64,000 nucleotides of DNA, from positions 62,001 to 126,000 of the forward strand of contig JAPMXV010000071.1 in NCBI GenBank assembly GCA_026936335.1, in the 5' to 3' direction. The stretch comes from Mantamonas sphyraenae STR306 (Eukaryota; Protista; CRuMs). Positions 23,301 to 34,525 of this stretch are shown here, piece after piece (positions within the stretch are counted from its first letter, which is position 1; each line of letters starts with the position of its first letter). Position numbers and translations under genes: made by a program. Below the pieces are notes generated by a model that was not told the DNA's origin, searched no databases, and worked only from the letters and a program-made list of their open reading frames with translations.

Positions 23301-24712
23301 TGGCCAGCTTCTGCAGTTTGCCCAAATCGGGCAGCTCCGAAAGCAAGCACTCAGTTACATCCAACCCATACAGCTGGGTGAGGTCATTGAGCGAGGATGG
23401 CAAAACACGGAGCGGGTTCCGCGCGACGGAAAGGCTGGACAAGTTTCTCAGGGTGCCGATCCGTGCATCCAGTGAAGAAAGCCCCACATTGGAAATGCTC
23501 AAAGACTGAAGAGCATGCAAGGAAAACAGACCATCAGGCAAGTGCCCGAGTGGGTTGTCTTCCATCCACAACGTCTGCAGTTGGGGAAGCGAGCCGATCC
23601 ACGCGGGCCAATCTCTCAGCCGGTTCCCGCTCACCTCCAGAGTTTGCAACACACCATGGTTCTTCAGAGATTCTGGAAGTGAATTCAATCTGTTTGACGT
23701 CAGACGCAGCACCGCGAGGTTGGAGAGGGTTCCCAGGCAGCTCGGAACACTCCCGATTCTGTTGAAGCTCCCGTCAAACTCCACCAACGCTTTGAAGCTG
23801 GCACATACTTTCGGGCACAGATGTCAAGCGATTGTTAGAGACATCCAGCGTCGTCAGAGTTCCAGAATGAAACTCAGGAAGCGTCTGTAGCAAATTCTTG
23901 GTGAGGATCAAGGTTTCCAAGCTTCCGTTCAAAGGAAGAGCGTTTGGGATGCTGACCAATCTGTTGCTGCTCAAATACAAAGTCCTGAGCTGATTTAGCT
24001 GCGAAAACGACTCGGGAACACTGGCCATCTGGTTTCCAATCGCTGAAAAATACGTGAGGTGTTTCAACGCGCCAAAACACGCTGGTAGTGCAACCAAATC
24101 ATTGGTATCCACCTCCAAATGTCTCATGGTGGTCATGTGACACATCCAGTCAGGCAAAGAGCGTATGATGTTCCTGTTCAGGATCAGGGTTTGCAGCGGG
24201 AGCTGCTGCAGACTCGCTGGCAGTTCCTGCACCGCATTGTTTCGAATATCCAACAAGAACAACTGCGTCATGTTGGCTACAAATGTGGGAAAACTAGTCA
24301 ACTTGGCAGTCTCCATCACCAGCTGCTGCACGCTCGGAACGGCAGCGATCCGAGCACCGGCCTCCTCCGACACCGCTACGCCTTGCAAAAGCAGGCCCAT
24401 GGGGACGTCGCCTGCAGCACAACATGGATCACTCATGTTGAACCCAGGAACGGATGCGTTGAACGGAAATACCCAGGGCAACAGACAGTAGCACAGGCCG
24501 CCAGGTGCCTGCAGTGCTGGCAACGCCTTGGCCATCTCCACCAACGCATCACGCTGTGTGCACGATCCATCCACCCCAGCTACGCACAGCAAGATGCCAC
24601 ACAGGATCACCGCAAGGACTGCACACCCGCTTTGCATTGCGCAAGAGTGCGCGACACACAGCAAGATGCCACACAGGATCGTCGCAAGGACTGCTTTGCA
24701 TTGCACGCCCAT
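20311..24712 (-). CDS. LRR-ectodomain receptor with Cys-rich stalk and ~7 TM helices (1-nt frame break at ~23792)
   Basis: Signal peptide, about 30 LxxLPxxxxxLxxLxxLxLxxNxL repeats, CAPGY..LCTECDTGFY, KIVLFFWQI, FGFLYRSY..YELVVMARR, QPF..DNRLE. Confidence 0.85.
24585..24706. repeat. Internal duplication encoding a doubled signal-peptide segment
   Basis: CACAGCAAGATGCCACACAGGATC..CGCAAGGACTGC occurs twice; protein AVLAxILCGILLCVA twice. Confidence 0.9.
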
Positions 24713-24746
24713 CCGCAAACATCGGCAAACACTCACAACAGTCGCT

Positions 24747-27603
24747 TCATTCCTCCTTGGCAATCTTCCAGCTCTTGTTGTACAGGACCTGGTCGTGTGC
24801 GGGCTGGTTCCAGCTCCACCAGGTGTGTTGGTGGTTCTCTCCCCAGTGGCAGTCAAAGATCCAGAACTTGCACTTCTTGGTGATGTAGTACGAGTAAAAC
24901 TCGGCGTCCATGGGATCGCTGGTCCAGCGCAGGTCGAAGCCCACTGTGCACTCGCTGCCGTGGATGTACGCTTGCGGGCGCAGGGCGCTGTCGATGTTGC
25001 CGTCCAGATCCAGGCCGGCCTTGATGATCAAAAGGTTGATCTCGGCCGAGCCGTGCACCGCAAAGCTCGCGCTGGGGATCAATTCCACCATGGCGCTGAG
25101 GTCCGAGTCGCACACCTCCCAGCCCCACGTCAGGTCCAGAGTCAGGGTGGCGCCGGCCTGGAAGGTCACGGGCACCACGCTGATCCACAGGGTGTAGGAC
25201 ACGTCGAAACCCGGAGCCACATGAGCAATTGGGTACGTATGCTCCTGGCAGTCCACCTCGGGCAGCTGCTTGTCGTACAGCACCTTGCCAAACACCTCCA
25301 GGTAGATGCGGTCGGCCAGAGCAGAGCCGTTGTCACGCCCGTACACAGCCTGTGCCAGCAGCGCCTGCTTGCTCACCTTCCACAGCGTCAACTCGGCCGT
25401 GGCCTGCGCCAGCGCTTCGTAGTTGAACCACGTCTGGTTGCAGTCAAAGTTGGTGCCCACAAACAGCTCAGCCTCAAAGTCTGCATACAGCTTGTCGCCA
25501 CCCACGTGCACCTGCTTGGTGAAGTTCTTGTTGAATGGAAAGTCCGGGTTCACGGTGGCCGGCGACGACGGCAGCGCTGCGCCAGCCAGAAGAGCGCCGT
25601 TGGCCTGGCCGTCAAAACGCTGCAGCAGGACTGCGGCAAGAGCACGCACGCGCTCGGGGAACTTGAGCGACGTCAGAGAGAGCAGCGGGAACAGCAGCGG
25701 CTGCGACTGCTGAAGGTTCAGCTCACCCAGAGCGGCCACGCTCTGCAGAGCGTACACAAGCGGTTCCTGCTTGCCCACCTGCTCCCAGGACATGATCACC
25801 TGCTTCAGGTTCTGCTGCAGCAGCTGCATACCGCGCACAAACAGGTCGCGCTCGGCATCGGCATCCACCTCGCTCAGCATCTGGCCCATCACGAGGTACG
25901 CGGTGCGGCTCAGTTCGCCCGTGCTGTGGTGTTCCATGGTGGCCGCGTCGTGCAGGCCGTCCAGCAGAGCAAAGGTGGGGCGGAACGCACGTGCGGCGTG
26001 CACGGCGCCCAAGCGCACGTGCGGGTTGTAGTGCCTCAGACCGTGCTCCACAAACAGACGCGTGGCGTGGTCGGTACCCACGCGCGACAGCAGATAGTAC
26101 AGCTTGGCGTGCACGTGCTCGTTGTGATCGTGCACACGCGCCTGCACGGCGCTCAGCATGTCGCTGACAGTGGCAAACAGCTTGCCCGGGTCGCTACGCA
26201 GCAGCTTCGCCAGGCGGCGGATGCTCGGGATGGCCTTGGACACGGTGCGCGCCTTTGCAATGCGATCCATCATGGCATCCAGGTCGGACTGAGCAACCTC
26301 GACAAGCGTGTGCTTCGACTCGGTCGACAGCGACTCCTGCAGTTGTCCAGAGGCAGACGCCATGTCGCCCGTGTAGTAGTTGGGTGCGCCGTCGTTCAGG
26401 ATGCTGTTGAGCTCCTCGTTGAGCGCGTCCGCTGGGAAGTACGTCGAGTTGGTCACCTGCGAGTTGAAGGTGACGGTCAGGTCACCCTTGGACGACATCT
26501 GCAAGTCAAAGCCAGTCATGTCCGAGTCCTGACGCACGTTGGTTCCCACCACACCCTCGCTGCTGCTCGGGTTGGCGTCCACAATGATGGCGTAGTGCTC
26601 CAGGGCACCCGAGTGCACCTGACCTGCGCTGTTCACCTGCACCGATCCCGTGCCCTGGAACTGCACATTCGACGCATGCACCTGCTTGTCCATAAACGCA
26701 GAGTAGTCCACCTGGTTGAACGTCTTGCTCACAAGCAGCATGTCGTCGGCGCCGTAAAGGCCGCTCGGGGCAACCGTGCCCACAAACAGGCTCTGGTGCA
26801 CGCCTGTCGGGTCGCTTTCCTTGGCCGTTGTGTTGCTGTTCACCGGTTGGATCTGCGTGTTGAACGCGTTGATCGCACCCAGCTTCACCTGCACAAAGTA
26901 CGGCGAATCGCCCTTTTGGTACCACACCTGCGTCACCTCGCCGTTCAATGCCTGCTGAAAGTACATGTCGTACCCCAGAGCGCTGCCTCCATCTTGACCC
27001 TTGACACTCTGCACAGTTGCGGCCTCCTCCTCTGTGTGTGCGCTGCTGTCAGCCACTGCGGACTCGACAAAACGGCAAGGTGGAAGCTCAAAATCTCACA
27101 ACCGCCCCCCCCCCTTTTTCCACCCGCGCTGCCTGCTCTTCTTACCTCCCTGCGCCACGGAAACGACCGTGTCAAACATGTTCATCACAAACATGTACGA
27201 GTCAGAGTTCACCTTGACCACCTTGGCGGCCACAATCGAGTCCATGGTCGAGTAGGAGCCTGCGGAGCGGCGTGGAGACGCGTGCCCGGAAAACGGGCGG
27301 TGGAAAGAGATGTGGGATGTGTCAGCGTACATTCGGCCTCCTCTTCCAAAGCAGACGTCACGGCGACCCACACAAGGTCCCATGTGTTTCAACCACACGC
27401 TGCTATGTGACTACGTCACATCTGCGCTTCCCACGGCTCCACATACCAGACGTGCGGTTGCCGCCGTCGAGCTGTCCGCGCGAGTCGACCTTGGCGTGCA
27501 GCTGGTACTCAAACTCTTGGTTCAATTCATACTTGAGGTTGGTTGGGAATGCGCTTACCACGCATGCCACAGCCAGAATGGCAACCAGCGTGTGTGTGCG
27601 CAT
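24747..27603 (-). CDS. Large secreted protein, possibly large lipid transfer protein/vitellogenin-N-like, with a beta-rich C-terminal domain; 2 introns (~27057-27145, ~27260-27447)
   Basis: Signal MRTHTLVAILAVACVVSA; LKYELNQEFEYQL; ESDPTGVHQS; central helical repeat; C-terminal beta-rich region GTNFDCN. Family call is inference. Confidence 0.6.
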
Positions 27604-27675
27604 GGTTGTCGTTGTTGTCGTTGTTTTTGTTTGCAGCGCCGGCGCAAGCAAGCAAGCAGCAGTCCACACGTGGCC

Positions 27676-28641
27676 ATGAGTCGCATGCAACAGTTCTCAC
27701 AGGAGGTGCAAGAGGCTCTTCGGGCACGACGCAGCTTCTACGACAAACACGCGGAGCAACTGCGGAGCAACGACGCGGGCGAACTCCACAAGCTGAATAG
27801 CAGGGACTCGGATGACGATGCAGATCTGCAAACGGCGCTGCGGCTGTCCATGTTGGAAGCAGAAAACACAGGCGGTCCATCCGGTCCGGCCAGGCAGATC
27901 AGCGACGCAGAGGCGAGCGAGCGCCTGTTCCCGGTCGCCAACAAGTGGGGCCAGCAACCGGCCATTGCCGAGCTGCTCGTCCATCAAGAATACGTGGAGA
28001 TTCTGTCCTGTCAGATTTGCATGGACTTGTTTGTCGACCCTGTCACCATGAGCTGGTGCGTTTTGTCTGAGGAAGGCCGAGGAAGGACGCAGAAGAATTC
28101 CCTTTCAGCCCTGCTTTGCTCACACCCTTCCCACCACAAACACACCGCTTTTTGATGCTTACTCTCCTCATCCACTCTCAGTGGCCACACTTTCTGCCGT
28201 CGATGCATCGTCACCGAATCTCGCAGTCGTCAGCGCTGCCCCGCCGACCGCGTAAATCTCGGCGGCAACGCGCCCATGCACGCCAACCGCGTCGTGAGCA
28301 CCATGCTGCAATCCATGCAGATGCGCTGTCCGCGCAGTGTACAGTATAACGAGGACACGCACGCCTGGGTGCGCAGAGACGATGGGTGTGACGAGGTGTT
28401 TTCTCGTGAGCGGCTGGAGTACCACACAGACAACGAATGCGGCTGCATGGCCGTCCGCTGCAACGACTGCGACGAATATGTGTTGCGACGTGACTTGGAC
28501 AAACACACCTGCGGCCAACAAGACAAGGAGCCCCAGGGAGAAGATGTTGAAGAAGACGACAAACACGAACAGGTCGCACAACAGCCACAGGATGCGCACA
28601 CACCCAGTGACAAGGAGATGGACGGGGAAAGCGAGGTTTAG
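27676..28641 (+). CDS. UIM plus RING plus TRAF-type zinc-finger E3 ligase; intron ~28055-28181
   Basis: DDDADLQTALRLSMLEAE (UIM); CQICMDLFVDPV..CGHTFCRRC..CPADR; LEYHTDNECGCMAVRC. Confidence 0.85.
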
Positions 28642-28740
28642 ACTGAAAATGAACGTGTATAGGTGCACACGAGCGCGTTGTCGCGTTTGCGCAATCGGCA
28701 ATCGCAAACGCCGTCCCAACACACGCGACCAGACCACGCG

Positions 28741-28979
28741 TCACTCGTCCGGCAGAGAGTTGCTGGAAGGGTCGCTTTCGTTCGACTTGCCCTCTTCCTT
28801 CTTCTTCTTCTTCTGCTTCAGACTCATCTTTTCTTCCCACTGCAGTCGCTGCGCCTCCTCAATCTCTTTCGCTGCCTCTTCCATCGCCCTCATGTCCTCC
28901 TCCGCTTGAATTTCCCCTCGCCTTCCATGAACCAAGCCTGTTCAAATTCGCTTGTGTAGTCCTTGTTGGTGTCACTCAT
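28741..28979 (-). CDS. Small charged hypothetical protein (frame break at ~28915)
   Basis: MSDTNKDYTSEFEQAWFMEGEG joined to EIQAEEDMRAMEEAAKE... if one G is added to a G-run. Confidence 0.45.
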
Positions 28980-29132
28980 TCGTTCTGGAACGCGGTTGCT
29001 CTGTTTCACTGGCCCCTCGGACGCTTGAATGGCACCAAGGCACAACGTTCATTCGCATGTGAGGGTGGTGTTCTCGCACACACCCTCACCTCGAACCACC
29101 TCCCCTTCTCCCGGAACCTTCCCCCTCAACCC

Positions 29133-30089
29133 TCAATCGTTCTTTTTGGCGTCCACAACAACGTCAAACACAATCGCCGTGTTGGTCGGACGGTACGACA
29201 CCGTGTTGTTCGCCGCGTTGACAAATGTGGTGTGCTTGGTCTTTGTGACGCCGTAGGCCTCGTGAATGTGGCCAAAGACGTGGTAGCGGGGCTTGTCACG
29301 CACGACCGCGTCGAGCAGTGGCACGTCGCCGACTCGCATAAAACGGAACGCCCAATCGCGGTAGTTCTTCGGTGGTGTGTGCGTCAGGAGCACGTCAACC
29401 CCTTTGAGCGATGTCTCCTTCCACAGCTGCGCGCGCTCCTCCTCGGTGCGGTTGAATGCCATCGAGCGGGCGTTGGGGATGTACGGTTGCATCGGCGACC
29501 CAAAAATTGTGACTCCTTCCAACTCCACGCGCTCGTGTTCCAGATACGTCACATGCTTGCGCAGCTCGTCCTTCAGAGCCTCGCAGTCCTCCTTTTCCTT
29601 GTGCCACTTCTGCCACTCGCCCTCGTACCACTCCGGGTCGAAGCACAGGTCGTGGTTGCCGCTGATCACCACTTTGTGTTTGTGCGGCAGCGAACGGAAC
29701 CACGCTGCAAAGTTCTCCACCTCCAGCTTTGTGCTGCGGTATGTAAAGTCACCTGCATGGATCACAATGTCGCCGTCGGGCACGTTGATCATGTCGTGCT
29801 TGTTGTGCGTGTCGCTCAGGCACACCACACGTACAACCCGCTTGCCTGCACGCTCCACCGCCTCACGTGCAGACTTGTCCAGAGTCATGTTTGGAATCCT
29901 GGGTGGCATGTAAAAGTTTGCCAGCCACGCCACTCCCGCCACAAGCGCCACCTGCCAAGCCTGTGCAAACACACTGCCCGCCACAATGTCGACCAGCCAA
30001 GGCACCAGTAGCACAGACACAGCCACGTGTGCCGCGTCGATGCCCACGATCAAGTGTTTGGGAGAGATGTTGAACAATCCGATGCCCAT
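29133..30089 (-). CDS. Metallophosphoesterase (MPPED-like) with N-terminal TM segments
   Basis: SDTH, HAGD, GNHD, THTPP, GHIHE motifs. Confidence 0.9.
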   Translation of the reverse strand: MGIGLFNISPKHLIVGIDAAHVAVSVLLVPWLVDIVAGSVFAQAWQVALVAGVAWLANFYMPPRIPNMTLDKSAREAVERAGKRVVRVVCLSDTHNKHDMINVPDGDIVIHAGDFTYRSTKLEVENFAAWFRSLPHKHKVVISGNHDLCFDPEWYEGEWQKWHKEKEDCEALKDELRKHVTYLEHERVELEGVTIFGSPMQPYIPNARSMAFNRTEEERAQLWKETSLKGVDVLLTHTPPKNYRDWAFRFMRVGDVPLLDAVVRDKPRYHVFGHIHEAYGVTKTKHTTFVNAANNTVSYRPTNTAIVFDVVVDAKKND

Positions 30090-30174
30090 GTTGAGAGGAG
30101 GAATGTGGTTTTTGGTGGCGCAAACGCGCAAGTTTCATTGCTGAGCTGAATCGTGCGACGAACTGATTCAGCGC

Positions 30175-32078
30175 TCAGTGCCAGTTGCGATCGTATGGCC
30201 CCTCGGGAGACATGTTGCCAAGGTAGTCCTGGACAATCTGTGCGTCTTCAATGGCACCTGTGGGCGAGGGCGGCTTGACCAGGCCCACGTCGTACCGCGC
30301 CGTCACATTGGTGTACAGGTCCTTGAGTCCTTCCATGAGCGACCATTCAATCAGCGGCCAGTGCAGCACGGGTGTAAACTCGTCCTCCACCGAACGCGCC
30401 ATCGTGATCAGCTTCGGGTAGAACGTTTCCGCATGGAACTCCAAAGCCGTGCGCATGTCCTCCACCATGTGGCGAATCTCCTCGGGCGAGCCCATGTGCA
30501 GCGGCAGATTGGCTGCACCGTGCATGTGCGATGCCATCTCCTTCAGGTACTCCGTGTCGTTGATCTCACGCACGACCCTCCAGTAGCGAACCAGCAGGTC
30601 CTCGCGTTTGTCCGGGCACCACGCAAGGTACAGACCCTCGTTCAGCGCCTTGAACTCCTCCAGTGTCGTGTTATACATCTTTCCCTTGGCCAGCGAGCCC
30701 AGCGAGTCTGTTGCGTTGTTGTACGTCTGCTGTCGCACCGTGTAGTTGGTGTTGCTCGTGCACAGGTTTTCCAGATCCCACGCGGCGCGCAAGTCTTCAA
30801 TCACCGTGTGGTTGCACTGTGTGTATGCAAGGGGTGGACTGTGGGTCAGCGTTGTTCCCCTCGGATGCCTCTTCTACCTCTCTCTCTCGCTCGCTCTGCC
30901 CACCTTTTCCTCAAACGTCAGCACGCCCGTGTTTTTGGTGGCGAAAAAGTCCATGTCGATGTCCAGGATGGCATACTTGCTCTTCACAAGCTGCTTAACA
31001 TCCTTCAACATGGAAAACGGGATCACACGAAAGGTAAACTTGCGCGGCCGCTGGATCTTGTGTGCCTCGGTCGCGTAGTTGTTTGCCAGCCAGTAATCCT
31101 CCTACACGCATGCATGCATCACATCCGCACGGGTTGTCAGTCTCTGAGCACGCGTTGGCACATTGGGGGACCTCCACATCTCCTCACACTCTCCCTTGGT
31201 TCCTCACTCACCGTTGCGGAAATGCGGAAGCGGCGTCGCCCGCGCGGGTCGCTTGCATTCTGCACTCCAAAGTACATTGTGCGCGGCTCCAAGATGTCCG
31301 GAATCTGTGTGACACAGTGCATGCGTGAGTCGACGTCGTGCAATCCAGGGAGCACAAGCTGCTGCTCTATCGGCGCGGTGGCAACTCCCCACCCCCCTGA
31401 TTCGGCTGCCGAACAAAATGGCTCACCTGCTTGCTCCAAGGAGGCTTGACCCAGACGATTTCGTTGACCAGACCGATCCACACGGCCGCCAGCTGGAAGC
31501 TGGCAATGTCCACCTTCTCTTCGTCTTCAATCCACGACGCCCTGCGCGGCCAAAGCAACGAACGACCCCAGGCAACGTCAGCAACACGGAAACCGACGCC
31601 CACGTGTGCATGCACACAGTTCAAAGCACACAACAGGGCTCAGCTCCCTCTTCTGTATCTACCACCATCATACAAGCACATGCACGCGCACAAGCACCCG
31701 TTCCAAACCCCATGAGGGCCGAGAGGGCAGTTTTGCGAATCACACACACGTCAACCACCTCCTAGCGCTCACACCCACCCAGCCACACACATACCTCTTC
31801 GGCAGACGACGCGGAATAAACTTTGGGATGCCCATGTCCGGGTGCGAATCAAAGTGCACGACCGCAATGCCGTCGTTGGGCAGGGCTTTGGCTCGAAGCC
31901 AGAACTTCAGCACCTGATGGTGGCTCTCGACCACTACCGCGGGCAGATTGCGTCGCGCTGCACCAAACTTGGGCGTTTGGTCCGACCCAAAGCCAATTGC
32001 AGTTGCACTGGGCACCAGCAGCGCCAGCACTGCAAGCACCACAACCGCAACAAGCACGTTTTCCTGGTCTCGCTTCAT
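30175..32078 (-). CDS. UPF0489 (C5orf22-like, arginase/deacetylase fold) protein with signal peptide; several introns
   Basis: [54 protein letters not shown]. Confidence 0.75.
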
Positions 32079-32263
32079 CTCTCTCTCTCTGTTTCACTGG
32101 TCAGAACAAACAATCACACGCGTGGGGGGTATTGATCTGCGTTCACAAAGCAGAGATCAGGGGTGGAGAAGAGCTTCGAAAGTGGGGGGGGGGTGTTGGT
32201 TGGTGTGGCACCGTTGCCGCAGGAACCCCGCTCCAGTCCAGCCAACCAGCGCATCCATCACCC

Positions 32264-32852
32264 ATGTCCACGACAGAAGACCAGCCTGAAATCAACGTCA
32301 CCAAGTTGGACATTGTCACCAACGACTGTCCGCTCACAGACCCCCTCGAAATCGCCATGGAGTTTACAGCCGGCGCCGCCATCAAAGACGCTGTGTGGGA
32401 GGTCACTGTACGTTGTGTGCCCTTCCTTTCCGCATTCCCTCACCCCACACCCATGTCCACCACTCACCCATCCCAACCCATCTCTCAGTACATGGTCGAC
32501 TACACGGGGAAACGCCACCGCATCGAGATCGGCAAGACGGAGGCCACCGACTATGCTGAGGGTGAGAACAGCATGGAATTCAAGGTAGATGACCAACCAA
32601 GCCCCACACACCCTCCATCCTATCATATGTGACCTAACCCTCAACCCTCCTTTCCCGTTCTCCTTCCCTGCCGCACCACAGGTCGATAGCATCTCTGTGG
32701 ACGGCATCAAGCCGAGCCGCCTCAAGAACACAGGTCTCATGCTCCTCACGCTCATGTCTGGCGACACCGAAATCATCCAAGTGTCCCTTGTCACACAGGT
32801 GGTCGACAACAATGGCGTCCTCGTCCGCTCCATGTTCAACCCGCTCGAGTAA
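32264..32852 (+). CDS. Divergent ASF1-like histone chaperone fold protein; 2 introns
   Basis: INVTKLDIVTNDCPLTDPLEIAMEF..WEVT-YMVD..GENSMEF..GLMLLT..IIQVS. Confidence 0.65.
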
Positions 32853-33050
32853 AACCCAAGCGCGCGCTCACCTCTTTCTTCCGCCCGCTCTCATCTTGTG
32901 AACACTCTCATGTTGTCCAACTACACCCACCATCCACATCATCGCTCCTTCCCACCCTCCCCCCCTTTGCCTCCCCTCCCTCTCCTCAATCCAACCTCAT
33001 CCTGCCCTCCAGCGCGCGCCGCCGGCACCCCAAACACGCGCTGCCACCCC

Positions 33051-34484
33051 ATGTCCTCCACATCATCCTCCTCCCTCGCAGAGGCTGCGGCCGAGGCAGC
33101 ACGGATATTGGCATCGTCCAACCCGAGCACCACGTCCTCATCCTCGTTCACCGGAGGCCTCTCCTTGTCCATGTCCAGCTTGGTGTCGGCAAGCGGCGAG
33201 GACGACCAACATCCCGTCGCCGCCAAGCTCTACGCCGACGAGCTCGAGCCAGTGGTCGTGTACAAGACCGTCACTCCTGTCAAGGTCGTCCTCAGCGGCA
33301 CCGTGCCGTACAACTGCACACACGTCAGCGTGGAAGCCAGCCTTTTTGAAGGCGACCTCGAAATCGGTTCGGGCGAAGACCTCCTCACGGGCAATCAGAA
33401 GGTTGTCGCCGTCCCGCAGGCCGACCACATCCTCGACACAGAAATCAACTTCAACAAACTCAAGATCCTGTACAGCTCCAAGGGCAACACCATCCAGGTG
33501 CGCTTCAGCATCCTCGCTCTCGACGAGGACGCCGCTGTCATCTGCCATCTCTCCCACGGCCTCTCCTTTGACATTGCCACCGTGTCTGGCATGCGTAAGC
33601 GCGATGCCGTCTACGCAGAGGTCCTCTGGGCTCGTCTTGGGGGCTCCTCCGGTGGCGCCCTCAACTGCAACGTTCTCATCCCTGCCCTCTCTCTCTACAT
33701 CCAGCGACGCACAGAGACCCGTCTGGAACGTCCACACACACATCTCGACCTCGTCTTTCTCCGCTCGGTCGCACACTACTTCCAGAGCCACTTTGGCAAG
33801 AAGCGTTCCAACAGCGCCAACTCATCCAACAGCCACGTCAAACGCAGAAAGATCGACGAAAACACATCCACCTCATCCTCGTCTGCATCATCCTTCACAA
33901 CCTCATCCTCATCCACCTCCTCTGACTTTTTTGGCGATGACAACGACCTGGCAGAGGACGGCGACGCACACGAACACGCCAACCCACACGAATTCGACAT
34001 CGACTACAAGGTGTACACGAGCCACCTGTTCCCCTGGTACAACCAAACCATCATCAACATCAAAAAGACAAAGGATTTGTACGTGGAAAGCTGCCCAATG
34101 GCGAGCCACTCATGCTTGGGTACGTCACCCGTTTCCAGGCTGAGGCGCTGTTGGGACGTGACTCGGTAAAGCCAGGCACCTTTCTCGTCCGCTTCTCTGT
34201 GCGCATGCCCCAGTACCTCGTCGTCAGCTACAAAGATGACCACGGAAACATCCAACACAACCAACACGATCCCAACGAGTACACCACGGCCAACCAGCGC
34301 ACCAAGAAACACGAAAAGATCAGCCAGCATCCCATGGCTGTCGAACTCCTCGGGGACGAGCGTTACAAGTTCTTTTGTCCCCACGTGCCCAAGCGCACCG
34401 CCTTTCATATCCCAACCCATCAACGAAGAGACCCTCAAGGCCCAAAGCAACTACGTCTATCTCGAACAGCTTGCATCGGGATAA
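33051..34484 (+). CDS. STAT-like transcription factor (DNA-binding domain, linker, SH2, C-terminal Tyr); frame breaks at ~34088 and ~34404
   Basis: FNKLKILYSSKG..VRFSI; ERPHTHLDLVFL; SH2 GYVTRFQAEALL..PGTFLVRFS..YLVVSY; tail SNYVYL. Confidence 0.7.
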
Positions 34485-34525
34485 ACCAAGGATGAACGCA
34501 GCAACCCACAGTGTTTTCCATTGAC

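Noticed and set aside
24528-27410. 960-aa plus-strand ORF and similar long antisense ORFs (e.g. 38756-40480, 50220-52289, 56574-58418)
   Set aside because: Shadow ORFs opposite real genes, expected from GC-rich codon bias; no domain signal
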